Source: a virus (taxonomy: Duplodnaviria; Caudoviricetes). Taken from it: a stretch of 53,757 nucleotides of DNA. The stretch covers positions 1 to 53,757 of IMG/VR virus record IMGVR_UViG_3300022742_000097. One strand, 5' to 3'. Position numbers and translations under genes: made by a program. Below, piece by piece: positions 26,444-34,908 of this stretch. Each line of letters begins with the position of its first letter. Position 1 is the first letter of the stretch. The notes beneath the pieces were generated by a model. That model was not told the DNA's origin and did not search any database. It saw only the letters and a program-made list of their open reading frames with translations.

Positions 26444-27795
26444 AGCATCTTCCTCTTCCGTTCCATTGCGTCGGCCGCGTCGTCGCTGTGTTCCAGCCAT
26501 TGGCGGCTATAAGGCGTGATGACCCGACCCCGTTCAACGGAGGTCGGCGTCCTTGCGCTGGCGATGGCCGGGAAGCGGCTGTGGATGAAGTAACCCAGCG
26601 CGTCCGGTGGGTGATCGAAGCCCGTGGTCTTGTCCGGCATGCCGTTGGCGTCGTAGGCCTGCTTCTCCAACGCCTCGGTCAACTTGGGGCAGCCCACCGG
26701 GTTCACCCGCAGGCGGCGCACGCCCCTGGCATTGCAGAGCATGGCGTTCACGCTGACCACGCGGGCGCGGATGCGGGGGTTGGCCGGAGGCACCCGGACA
26801 ACGAACCCCGCCGCCCGCAGCAGACCCAGGTCGGACACGCTGGCGTTGTTGGTGTGCGAGCTCTCCCCACTGGCGTCGGGATAGACCGCAATGTGCCGAT
26901 CGCCGAACCGCTCACGCAGCGCCACGATCATGGCCGGGGTATCCCTGACGCCGGTGAACTCTTCCAGGGCCAGCGGTTGGCCGGCCCGGATCACGCAGAC
27001 GATGGCCGTCATGTTCATCACGTTGAAGTCCATGCCCACGTGGAGCCGGTCGTCGTCGCGAATGGTGGCCAGCGTGCCGTTGAGCTTGCGGTCGTAGGCC
27101 GCGTACACCGAGCCGCTGGTCAGGTTCACGAACAGGCCGTTGATGTAGGCCTTCACCAGCTGCGCCGGGTACGTCTCGAACAGGGACTCGATGTAGTCGT
27201 CCGGGAGGTTCGCCTCGTTGTCGTAGGTGCTGGCGTGCACCTTGCCGTACAGCCCGGCCTTCTTTGGCTCCTGCCCCGGGATCTGCTCGAATTGCTCGTA
27301 GACGAAATTGAAACCTTCCGGGGTCGTGGTGACGTCGATGCCGTTCTGCAGGCCGACAGCCTTCACGCGCAGTCGGGCGATGATCTTGCGCCAGGCGTCA
27401 TGCGCCTTCCGCTTCTTCAGCGTGTCGATCTCGTCCACCAGACCGCGGCCGATCTTGAAGCCCACGATGCTGGCCGGGTTGTCCATGGACCGGCAGATGG
27501 CTGTGCCGCGGTACTGCCGGCCGGCGTACAGGTGCACTTCCTTGTTCGACTGGTTGATCTGCGCTCGCAGCCCCCAGTCGAAGGCCACCTCTTCGATCGT
27601 CGGGTAGAAGATGTCGCGGATCTGCGGGTAGCTGGGCGCGAAGTAGCCCGTGGGGATCCGAGGGAATTCCCAGGCATGGCGGCACAGTGAGCCGCACCCA
27701 ACCCAGGTCTTACCCGAGCCGAAGCCCCCTACGAACGCCCGGAACTTGTGCGGCAGCTGGAGGAACTCTGCCTGCGGTTGGTTAAGGGTCGGCAC
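26440..27795 (-). CDS. terL: Terminase large subunit
   Basis: GGFGSGKT Walker A, LVDE Walker B, TTTPEG, GMDFN and DH..DA nuclease motifs; alternative start at 27807. Confidence 0.93.
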   Translation of the reverse strand: MPTLNQPQAEFLQLPHKFRAFVGGFGSGKTWVGCGSLCRHAWEFPRIPTGYFAPSYPQIRDIFYPTIEEVAFDWGLRAQINQSNKEVHLYAGRQYRGTAICRSMDNPASIVGFKIGRGLVDEIDTLKKRKAHDAWRKIIARLRVKAVGLQNGIDVTTTPEGFNFVYEQFEQIPGQEPKKAGLYGKVHASTYDNEANLPDDYIESLFETYPAQLVKAYINGLFVNLTSGSVYAAYDRKLNGTLATIRDDDRLHVGMDFNVMNMTAIVCVIRAGQPLALEEFTGVRDTPAMIVALRERFGDRHIAVYPDASGESSHTNNASVSDLGLLRAAGFVVRVPPANPRIRARVVSVNAMLCNARGVRRLRVNPVGCPKLTEALEKQAYDANGMPDKTTGFDHPPDALGYFIHSRFPAIASARTPTSVERGRVITPYSRQWLEHSDDAADAMERKRKML

Positions 27796-28192
27796 GCTTT
27801 CGCCCACTGACCACGTTGACCGTCACCGCTACCGGTACCGGCAGGTCTTCGTCGTCCTTCTCGCCCTCGTCCAGGCCGGCCAGCTTTGCCTTGCCCATGG
27901 TGGCTTGGACCATTGCGGCGCCCTGCTCCCGCTTCTTGGCCACCTGGCGCGCTTCTTCCAGCTCGGCGACCAGGCTGGCGATGGTCACCCCATGTGCGGC
28001 CAGTGCCACCCCACGGAGCTCATCAAGCCTTGCGGCGATCTTGGGGTTATCCAGCAGCTCCTTTGCCGAGCGGTTGATGGTCTCGGGCTTGGCCTTCTCG
28101 GCGCTGTAGCACCGCCGGTAGGCCTCGCTGGCGTTGCCGCTCTCCAGGTACCGCTGGCAAAACGCCTCCTGCTTGGGGGTGAGTCCCGTCAT
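27782..28192 (-). CDS. terS: Terminase small subunit
   Basis: LTPKQEAFCQRY...NASEAYR...LLDNPKI. Confidence 0.9.
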   Translation of the reverse strand: MTGLTPKQEAFCQRYLESGNASEAYRRCYSAEKAKPETINRSAKELLDNPKIAARLDELRGVALAAHGVTIASLVAELEEARQVAKKREQGAAMVQATMGKAKLAGLDEGEKDDEDLPVPVAVTVNVVSGRKRADP

Positions 28193-28196
28193 GGGC

Positions 28197-28406
28197 TCAA
28201 CCTCCCGATGCAGCGAATCGCCGATTCCCGGAAGTCATGGCGTCACCGAGGGTCATGACCCCCGGCCGGCCGCACGCGGCCTCTTCCGTGTCGGCTGCGG
28301 GCTGTTGTCGACACCTGCCCGCTGGTCGGGCCGGTACTGCAGAGAGCGCCCCGGCCGGCGCTTCGAGATACGGATCGATGGTGTTGGGCGTCTGGCGGTC
28401 GCTCAT
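28197..28406 (-). CDS. Small leaderless hypothetical protein
   Basis: ATG 6 nt after the late-promoter -10; its 3' end supplies the GGAGG SD of terS. Confidence 0.45.
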   Translation of the reverse strand: MSDRQTPNTIDPYLEAPAGALSAVPARPAGRCRQQPAADTEEAACGRPGVMTLGDAMTSGNRRFAASGG

Positions 28407-28412
28407 GCCGCC

Positions 28413-28443
28413 ATTACGCGGCAGCGGCCATCTCATGCAACGG
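28413..28443 (-). promoter_or_regulatory. Putative late promoter for the packaging operon
   Basis: CCG-TTGCAT-N16-CGTAAT-N6-ATG. Confidence 0.55.
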
Positions 28444-28833
28444 AGGGAACGGGAGCTGTAGTTGCGTAGGCCATCCCCAATAGGGAAGGTGGAACCGGAT
28501 GTCTTCCTCCAGTATCCCGACGCTTGGCACGGAGGCGCTTGCACCGCACATCGGCATCTCCGCATACGTGCCTAGTACCCAGTCGTAATGTTCAACGCAG
28601 AAGCGCTCTGTCCTGGCCTCACCCGCCATGAGCAGGTAGACCTCGGCCTGGCTGTTGATCGCCACCACCGTGCCCGCCCCTCGGGCGTACAGCGTCTGGC
28701 GGATGCGCTTCTGGAGCCGCTGGGCCAATTCCTGCACCGTGGCACAGTCGTCTAGGCTGAAGGCCGGCTTGATCCTGCGCTCAATCTGTCGACGCGGCGT
28801 CGGATCACTTAGGGATTGGTGGCCGCGGTGCAT
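28414..28833 (-). CDS. Hypothetical protein at the position of lambdoid Q
   Basis: GGAGG SD; last gene before the late promoter motif. Confidence 0.7.
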   Translation of the reverse strand: MHRGHQSLSDPTPRRQIERRIKPAFSLDDCATVQELAQRLQKRIRQTLYARGAGTVVAINSQAEVYLLMAGEARTERFCVEHYDWVLGTYAEMPMCGASASVPSVGILEEDIRFHLPYWGWPTQLQLPFPPLHEMAAAA

Positions 28834-28855
28834 AGTTGCCTCCAGTCGATGTGGC

Positions 28856-29206
28856 CTATGCAGGCTCCAAGGTAATTTCCAGTCGTGGGCTATGCCGGTC
28901 CATTCCGGCCTTCCGGATGCTCAATGCCTGCACTTGGGAATCGTCGTCCCACATCCCAGCGGCGGTCAGGGCGTCCAGCGGAGCCTTCAGCAGGTTGTCG
29001 ATATCCCTGCGCCGGAGGTCCGGGTAGTAGGCGTCGATGGTCACGTTGACCGGCATGGTGCCAATGCCTACCCGGCCGCCCAGGCGCATCACCAGCTCAA
29101 CGTCCGTTCGGTACTTCCTGCCGGCAGCGGCAATGAGCACGCGGCCGTTGACGCTGCGCCAGTAGCGATTCACCGATGGCGGCCACGGCAGATGCAGGCG
29201 GATCAT
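28856..29206 (-). CDS. rusA: RusA-family Holliday junction resolvase
   Basis: LPWPPSVNRYWR, RRDIDNLLK..LDAL and DDSQV motifs. Confidence 0.92.
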   Translation of the reverse strand: MIRLHLPWPPSVNRYWRSVNGRVLIAAAGRKYRTDVELVMRLGGRVGIGTMPVNVTIDAYYPDLRRRDIDNLLKAPLDALTAAGMWDDDSQVQALSIRKAGMDRHSPRLEITLEPA

Positions 29207-29469
29207 CCGTATACCCTCTTCAGGGTCTCGTTGAGCGCCTGTATTTCGCTGATCTTGTGGATACGCCACAGTCGCTTGTCGCCGTGGATGCCCATCGGGC
29301 CGGTGTGGCAGTCGGGGCATAGCCCTACGCTCGTCCACCACAGCCCTTGCTCGATCTCGTGCGCATGGACCACGCCACAGAACCCACACACTGCGCAACC
29401 GGACTCTTTCACTCGCCCGACATGCTCGCGCTCGGCCCGGGTCATGGTCTTCTTGTTCTTGCTCCACAT
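29203..29469 (-). CDS. Zn-binding HNH-like nin-region protein
   Basis: CAVC..HAH..LCPDCH..GIHG. Confidence 0.7.
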   Translation of the reverse strand: MWSKNKKTMTRAEREHVGRVKESGCAVCGFCGVVHAHEIEQGLWWTSVGLCPDCHTGPMGIHGDKRLWRIHKISEIQALNETLKRVYG

Positions 29470-29912
29470 CAGCCAGCCCTCCGCATCTGGTACTGCGGAT
29501 CGGGATCTGGGATCACTACCCCAGCCCTTGCACCGACGCGCTGGCAGAACTCCACATAGCGCCAGAAATCGTCGCCATCGATCACGTCTCGGTTGCCATC
29601 GGCGTCGGTGGTGGTGGTGCGGATCGGCACCTGCTCACTACGCTGCCCCGGGAGCCGCTTCTCTCGCCAGCCCCAGTGAGAGCCACACAGGTACTCGTGC
29701 ACATCCTCGCGCTCGTAGCCGCCATGCTCGGCAAGCATCGGGATCACCACGCCCCACAGGTAGCGCAGTTGCGGCGGCGTGCGCTCCGGGCGGGCGATCG
29801 TCAGCTTCACATTGACCGGCTTGCCTTGCTGGAAGAAGCGCATCACCTCGGACACGCGCCTGATTGCAGCGTCCCGATCCTTCGGCGGGAGAGTGATGAC
29901 GTTCTCAGCCAT
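29469..29912 (-). CDS. NinB-like protein
   Basis: RT..Q..YLWG, DVHEYL and C-terminal IPDP motifs. Confidence 0.7.
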   Translation of the reverse strand: MAENVITLPPKDRDAAIRRVSEVMRFFQQGKPVNVKLTIARPERTPPQLRYLWGVVIPMLAEHGGYEREDVHEYLCGSHWGWREKRLPGQRSEQVPIRTTTTDADGNRDVIDGDDFWRYVEFCQRVGARAGVVIPDPDPQYQMRRAG

Positions 29913-30132
29913 TTACATGTTCCCCGTAGCGAAGATGCCGCAGCAACTGAAGTTCGTGGATGGCCTTGTCGATGTCCTGGACCCCCTTCCCGCCCTCGCG
30001 CGCATGACGGGTCAGACGCTTGATGACACAGCCCTCAAGGAACCCGAGCCCGTTGGCTTCGATGTACTGCACTGGCTGGATATCACCTTCGCGGTAGTGC
30101 CCCCCGCCGATCTGCTTGTCCAAGGCGCTCAT
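29905..30132 (-). CDS. DUF3310-like protein
   Basis: QIGGGHY..IQP..GFLEG.VIK...G.QDIDKA. Confidence 0.8.
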   Translation of the reverse strand: MSALDKQIGGGHYREGDIQPVQYIEANGLGFLEGCVIKRLTRHAREGGKGVQDIDKAIHELQLLRHLRYGEHVNG

Positions 30133-30497
30133 TCCTTGCGCTCCTGTGCGCGGGCAGCGTCCACCTGTAGTTCCAATGCACCTGCCCCCATCGCCATCGC
30201 GTCGTCTATAACGATGCTGGGAAACGTGCCGGCATCAATCTGGCGGCATAGCTCCTGCCATCGGGCGGCATCCGCCACAGCCGCATCCCGCTCTGCCTCG
30301 GCCTTCTCTGCTCGCTTCTTCCACTCCCAGCCAGCTTTGGAGTCTGCTGCAGCCAGTGCGTCATCCCGCTCTGCCGTCAGGCGGTCGATGGCGGACTTAT
30401 GGTCTGAGTACGTGACGTAATAGCCGTTTGAGTCCTCACTCATGCCGAACTGATCGACCTCATAGCGTCGAACCGGCTTGATCTCGTTCTCGCTCAT
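30129..30497 (-). CDS. Hypothetical coiled-coil phage protein
   Basis: ATGA-coupled; AEKAEAERD and DAARW modules. Confidence 0.7.
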   Translation of the reverse strand: MSENEIKPVRRYEVDQFGMSEDSNGYYVTYSDHKSAIDRLTAERDDALAAADSKAGWEWKKRAEKAEAERDAAVADAARWQELCRQIDAGTFPSIVIDDAMAMGAGALELQVDAARAQERKE

Positions 30498-30700
30498 ACC
30501 TGGACTCCCGTCTCTTCCCTCATTCGCTTGAAAACTGCCGCTGCTGCAATCAGGGTGAACGGAACTGTCACGGGCCACACTGCCGCGACAACCCAAGCAA
30601 GTACCGGGCGACGCGGTGATCCCGCGATAGACCCTGCGATGTGATCCGTCACGCGAAACACGAGCAACATCACCACGTAGAACCAAGCAGTCGTACTCAT
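30494..30700 (-). CDS. Small membrane protein
   Basis: Two hydrophobic stretches; coupled at both ends. Confidence 0.6.
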   Translation of the reverse strand: MSTTAWFYVVMLLVFRVTDHIAGSIAGSPRRPVLAWVVAAVWPVTVPFTLIAAAAVFKRMREETGVQV

Positions 30701-30861
30701 CGCTTCATCTCCCTATCCCGTTCGTTCCAGCCAGCCCGCCATTCGTTTCGCTGCTCGGCTGCGTCGTCTGTTATCCCGTAGCTGGGGCAACTGTTGATGC
30801 CCCGGCCTGCTTCGCGCGCCCAGCGACCGAACTGCCGGGGCTGGATGCGTTCAACCTTCAA
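30697..30861 (-). CDS. Rmf/CrpP-like small protein
   Basis: G..A..AG....CP.Y.....W..GW pattern; TTG start overlapping the upstream stop. Confidence 0.6.
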   Translation of the reverse strand: MKVERIQPRQFGRWAREAGRGINSCPSYGITDDAAEQRNEWRAGWNERDREMKR

Positions 30862-31058
30862 CCCGCCTTGCGCTCCGGCATGTGCAGCACGCCCGGACGC
30901 CTCGCCTCCATCGCACGACTGTGCAGCACGCGGACCCGGTGCATCAGCGCCGCCGCGAACACAACGGACACCTGCATTGCCGCCGCAATCTCGTTTGCGT
31001 TGCATCCCTCACGCTCCAGCCGGAACACGTCAACGTCAGACAGTGCGATGCGGTCCAT
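30858..31058 (-). CDS. Small HTH-like protein
   Basis: EGCNANEIAAAMQVS pattern. Confidence 0.55.
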   Translation of the reverse strand: MDRIALSDVDVFRLEREGCNANEIAAAMQVSVVFAAALMHRVRVLHSRAMEARRPGVLHMPERKAG

Positions 31059-31411
31059 CAGTGCATCCTCAGCAGGCGGCCGATCTCATCGAAGCGGCGC
31101 TTCATTTCCGGCGATTCAGGGGCCGCAGTGATCGGCTGCTTGGTCAGCGCCAGTTGCTCCCGGGGCGGCATCGCCTCCATGAAGTCAGCAGGCGACGGCC
31201 ACTGCCGGCGGTTCTTCATCAGGGTCACGAAAGCCTTGCGGAATCGCGGTGTGTCCAGCTTCTGGTCCCACACCCGCTCGTCAGTGACTGCCCGATACCA
31301 CCCCATCGCCGTTCCAGCGATCATGTCCGCCGCCGGGGTGCGATCCAGGCTCAAGCAGAGCAACTGGCTCAAACCGTCCAGAATCTCGCTGTGGATCCAC
31401 TCGATTTCCAT
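31058..31411 (-). CDS. Replication-associated protein (P position)
   Basis: WPSPADF motif; follows the initiator. Confidence 0.6.
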   Translation of the reverse strand: MEIEWIHSEILDGLSQLLCLSLDRTPAADMIAGTAMGWYRAVTDERVWDQKLDTPRFRKAFVTLMKNRRQWPSPADFMEAMPPREQLALTKQPITAAPESPEMKRRFDEIGRLLRMH

Positions 31412-32216
31412 GCTTCATGCCCTGCAATGTTTGGATGGCGGATAGGGTCTTGCTTGGGGGCGATGCCGTGGGACTGACGCCCGTCAGTACAGGCCCGGCC
31501 CGAGCTTCGCGCTGAGGAACGTCCTCCCATCGCCCCTGGTTGAGGTACGTGGAACCCATGGGGATGAACCCCCGTTTCCATCCGCTATCGGTCGAATCCA
31601 TCAGGCGGACATGGGCTATCAGCTCATCGCACCGTGAATCCAGCTTCCTGCGCTTCCAGGCCTTCTCGGCCTCTTGCCGCCCCTTCTTGTTCGGGTAGGC
31701 GCTCCAGAACTCCCCGAACCTCGACTGTGCGGCCGCAGGCTGCACATGCTCTTGCTTCAAGGAATCAGGAATCAGTAATGGGGAATCAGGAATCAGCCCG
31801 GCTCGTTCCGGAAATTCCGGTGCTTGCCCGGGAAATTCCGGTGCATGCTCTTCCACTTCCGGTTCTGGCACAGTGCTGTCCACGCTCAAGCCGGGAAAGG
31901 CCGGGATGACAGAGGCCGCTTCCTTCTTGTGAGGGTTCTGGTGCCTGACAAAGTTCAGGACCTGGACATAGCGCAACCCATCAACCTCGTACCTGACAAG
32001 GAAGCCGTGCGCCTGTAGAGCAGCCAGCCCAGCATCAACATCAACCGTGTCATACGGGAAGATCGCCGCCTTCAGCCGCTTAGGCCTATCCTCAAGCCGG
32101 CCTTCGCGGTCGGCTTCGCACCACAGTCCCTGGAACAGGATGCGGTACTCAAACGGAAGCTCCGCGAGATCCTCGTTCTTGAAGAAGCCCGGCTTGAGGT
32201 TACGGGACCTGCTCAT
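31281..32216 (-). CDS. Replication initiator (O-like)
   Basis: MSRSRNLKPGFF, ADREGRL, FWSAYP.K and TYLNQGRWED motifs. Confidence 0.85.
   Translation of the reverse strand: MSRSRNLKPGFFKNEDLAELPFEYRILFQGLWCEADREGRLEDRPKRLKAAIFPYDTVDVDAGLAALQAHGFLVRYEVDGLRYVQVLNFVRHQNPHKKEAASVIPAFPGLSVDSTVPEPEVEEHAPEFPGQAPEFPERAGLIPDSPLLIPDSLKQEHVQPAAAQSRFGEFWSAYPNKKGRQEAEKAWKRRKLDSRCDELIAHVRLMDSTDSGWKRGFIPMGSTYLNQGRWEDVPQREARAGPVLTGVSPTASPPSKTLSAIQTLQGMKHGNRVDPQRDSGRFEPVALLEPGSHPGGGHDRWNGDGVVSGSH
31761..31844. repeat. Iteron-like repeats, putative phage origin
   Basis: GGAATCAGGAATCAG twice and GGAAATTCCGGTGC twice in the initiator linker. Confidence 0.6.
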
Positions 32217-32395
32217 CTTCCAAGCTCCAGGTCGCACCGCGCGAAGTTCACCGAGCCAGCAACACGCGGGTATTCCTCGCAGTGTTCGCACAGCACGGGG
32301 CGCGCAGAGACAGGGACAGTAGCAAGGGCGCGGGCAAGCGCAGCGTCGCGCTGGGCCTGTTCAAGATCGGATGCGCGGTCGAATTCGTCAGCCAT
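32213..32395 (-). CDS. TraR/DksA-like small protein with degenerate Zn finger
   Basis: MADEFDRASDLE...CEHCEE; only three Cys. Confidence 0.6.
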   Translation of the reverse strand: MADEFDRASDLEQAQRDAALARALATVPVSARPVLCEHCEEYPRVAGSVNFARCDLELGR

Positions 32396-32762
32396 TGACC
32401 TGCTCCTGCGGGCGCACGGCGAGCGGAGCGGCAGGCATCGGCATCCAATGCGTGGCGCGCTGCCAAAGCTGGAATTCTCCATGCGCACAGGTCTGGCCCC
32501 ACCATGCTCCGTGTAGGCGCGACCAGTAGCCAAGCATGATCTCGTTTCGGCCGGAAATGCCTAGCATCAGCCAACGGCTATCCTTCGGCGCTGTCTCGAT
32601 TGGCTGCCACTCCGGCGCGGTGCGCAGGGCGGCGGCGATGGCACGCATCGCTGCACGATGCTCATGCCGTCCACTGCGAGTCATGTCCGCACAAATGGGC
32701 TCGCCGATTTCATCGTAAGCTCGCGCCAGCAGTTCGCGGGCCTGCTGCATCAGGTCAGCCAT
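32388..32762 (-). CDS. DUF551-like modular protein
   Basis: WQPIETAPKD...THWMP. Confidence 0.75.
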   Translation of the reverse strand: MADLMQQARELLARAYDEIGEPICADMTRSGRHEHRAAMRAIAAALRTAPEWQPIETAPKDSRWLMLGISGRNEIMLGYWSRLHGAWWGQTCAHGEFQLWQRATHWMPMPAAPLAVRPQEQVNG

Positions 32763-32876
32763 TTCCCCTCTCCTTCCTGCCGTTATCGCGCAGCCAGCCC
32801 GGAGCCCACACACCCCACGGATGCGGCTTCTTGCGCTTGTTCGCCTTCTTGCTTGCGTCGTAGTTGCGGATGGGCT

Positions 32877-33071
32877 TCATGGCTCGCTTTCCGTCTTGGA
32901 ACTTTTGAGTCCCTGAAAAGGGACGACTCGACCCGGCTTTCTCGGCAACCGGTAGCGCCGTTCCAACTCCTGCCTCACTCGTTGCTCCACGACCTCTTGA
33001 ACCGAGACGCCGAGTGCTTCTGCCTGCTTTCGTAGCTGCTCGTACTCAGGGTCCGAGAAGTTCAGTTCCAT
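32877..33071 (-). CDS. Small RHH-like protein
   Basis: GGAGG SD; ELNFSDPEYEQL...GVSVQEVV. Confidence 0.6.
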   Translation of the reverse strand: MELNFSDPEYEQLRKQAEALGVSVQEVVEQRVRQELERRYRLPRKPGRVVPFQGLKSSKTESEP

Positions 33072-33100
33072 AGGCCCTCCAAAGGGACTGGTTTGGCCCT

Positions 33101-33289
33101 TCAGGCAGCACAGGTTCCGCGAATACCCTTTTCGTCAGTCGTGGTGATGGCAGACAACGCCAGCTCACGGACGAACACTGCCGGCTGCATCCCGTTGAAC
33201 TGGGCGAGCGCGACAAGCAGGTCGTATTCCTGGTCGTTGAACCGGGCTTTGATCGCGTTGTCTCGGATGTGGGTGGGGTCGGCGTACAT
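33101..33289 (-). CDS. RHH-like regulator at the CII position
   Basis: MYADP...IKARFN..EYDLL..LA......AVFVREL. Confidence 0.65.
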   Translation of the reverse strand: MYADPTHIRDNAIKARFNDQEYDLLVALAQFNGMQPAVFVRELALSAITTTDEKGIRGTCAA

Positions 33290-33506
33290 AGGTCAATCCA
33301 TGGAGTCAGTGATGTTTGTTGAAACAACTGCGACCAACGTGGTCCAAATCGTTAGGCACGAAAGTTCGGTCTATGCCGTCCGCTGGAATGGCGTGCGCCA
33401 TGTCGTGCGGCTTCTGCGGGGGCCGTAATGTCGGCCACGGGAAAGGGCGTCCGTCTGCCGGTAGGATTGGAGCGAGTTGAGGCCCCAACCACTACCGGAG
33501 ACGGAC

Positions 33507-33782
33507 ATGGAAGAAGAGAAGATCGAAGAGCTGCTAGGGGCGATGCTCGCCCTGTCGGGAGCCGGAATGGCGATGGAGCGAGCACTGCACGCGCTCATGA
33601 CTTCGCACCCCGATCCGGCTGCGCTGCATCAAGCCCTGTTCTCAGAGCTGCATCCGTCCAAAATTCCAAGTACGTATCCCGAGCCGCTACAGAACGGCTG
33701 GCAGGAGACTGCGAGGGCGTTCCTGGAACACTCAACTCTGCTTGTTTCGGCTGCTCAGTCTGGGCAAGCGGTGAAGAACTGA
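33507..33782 (+). CDS. Hypothetical protein antisense to the Cro operon
   Basis: GGAG SD within a long hairpin; helical 91-aa product. Confidence 0.6.
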   Translation: MEEEKIEELLGAMLALSGAGMAMERALHALMTSHPDPAALHQALFSELHPSKIPSTYPEPLQNGWQETARAFLEHSTLLVSAAQSGQAVKN

Positions 33783-33898
33783 CCCCAAGACCAGGCCATG
33801 CCAGCGCCATTTGGCGCCGGAACTCCTCGACTCTTGCCTTGTCGGCCATTGATGGCTTGAGCATCCAGTCTCGGAGCCACAGCCGCGGGTTGAGGCGA

Positions 33899-34117
33899 TC
33901 AGGCAGCATCGGCCTTCCCTCCCTGCTGGCTGTCCTCTGGCGCCGGGCCGAACACGTCGGGGCGCAACGCCCTCGCCTGCCACTGCCTGCCTTCTGGGAG
34001 CGGCTCATCCTCGGCCCACTGCCCCACAGCCTGCTTGGTGGTGCCAAAGAACCGGGCCAACTCAGTGTCCTTGTGGAGTCCGAGCGCCGCCTTCACCGCT
34101 TGCTTTGTCATGTCCAT
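33899..34117 (-). CDS. cro: Cro-like repressor
   Basis: ELARFFGTTKQAVGQW HTH; divergent from CI; leaderless from PR. Confidence 0.85.
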   Translation of the reverse strand: MDMTKQAVKAALGLHKDTELARFFGTTKQAVGQWAEDEPLPEGRQWQARALRPDVFGPAPEDSQQGGKADAA

Positions 34118-34123
34118 GGGGTG

Positions 34124-34187
34124 AGTAAATCATTGTTCACCCCTCCAGTCAACCATGATTTACCGCAGTTGGTCAATTATTTGCGAC
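34124..34187. promoter_or_regulatory. OR operators and PR
   Basis: 16-bp sites GTAAATCATTGTTCAC (34125) and GTCAACCATGATTTAC (34148), weaker site at 34172; minus-strand TTGACT-N17-TTTACT. Confidence 0.8.
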
Positions 34188-34859
34188 ATGAACGAAACGA
34201 TTGGTGACCGCCTAAGAGAGCTGCGTGGGGCGATGACACAGCCAGAGTTCGCCAGGATCGCCGGCACCAGCAAGCAGCATGTGTCTCGGATCGAGAAGGG
34301 CCTGATCAAGGAGCCCAGTCCGGCGTGGCTATCTCTATGGGCTGCTCACTTCAAGGTTAGCCTTGAGTGGCTAAGTACTGGGAGAAAACCAAAGAGCCTT
34401 GCGCCGCTGCCCGATATAACGGATGAGGCGGACTGGGCTGATGTCACGGGCTACTCCCAGGCGGCAGGCCTTGGATCAGGCCCTGAGGCCCAAGAATGGG
34501 CGCAGACCCATAAGCTCAAGTTCCGGCGCGACTCACTATCCAGGAAGCGGCTAAACCCCAAGCATCTTGCCGTCATGTACGGCGCTGGGGACAGCATGGA
34601 GCCCTACATCCGGGCTGGTGATGCCATCCTTTTCGATACGACCGACACGATCCCCAAGAACAAGGGCATCTATGTGCTACTTGTGCCAGGTGCAGGCAAT
34701 GACGAGTACATGGTAAAGCGGGCCATCGTGAGCAAAGGGGAAACCATGTTTGTGGCGGACAACCCGGATGGCGACCACAACTGGAAGGAGCCACGTCCGC
34801 TTACCGACGGTATGCGCGTCGTTGGCCGCGTGCGGTGGACGGGCGGCTGGGTGAAGTGA
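34188..34859 (+). CDS. cI: CI-like repressor (HTH plus S24 peptidase)
   Basis: XRE HTH, AG cleavage-like site, GDSMEP and VKR catalytic Ser/Lys. Confidence 0.93.
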   Translation: MNETIGDRLRELRGAMTQPEFARIAGTSKQHVSRIEKGLIKEPSPAWLSLWAAHFKVSLEWLSTGRKPKSLAPLPDITDEADWADVTGYSQAAGLGSGPEAQEWAQTHKLKFRRDSLSRKRLNPKHLAVMYGAGDSMEPYIRAGDAILFDTTDTIPKNKGIYVLLVPGAGNDEYMVKRAIVSKGETMFVADNPDGDHNWKEPRPLTDGMRVVGRVRWTGGWVK

Positions 34860-34908
34860 ACTAGGACTAGTGTCTGCTACAGGAATGGAGCTGGGGTGAG
34901 GGACGGCA

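Noticed and set aside
26510-26540. Fifth late promoter (CCGTTGAAC) upstream of the portal gene
   Set aside because: The -35 part matches but there is no C....T hexamer at the 16-nt spacing, and it lies inside terL
11244-28258. Long plus-strand ORFs opposite the structural genes (e.g. 13397-15322, 19178-21019, 23145-24677)
   Set aside because: Shadow ORFs of GC-rich coding DNA; the minus-strand genes carry the motifs and the start/stop coupling
33595-33910. Minus-strand ORF after cro (MLPDRLNPRLWLRDW...)
   Set aside because: The start is plausibly real, but most of it overlaps the better-supported plus-strand gene, so its extent cannot be supported
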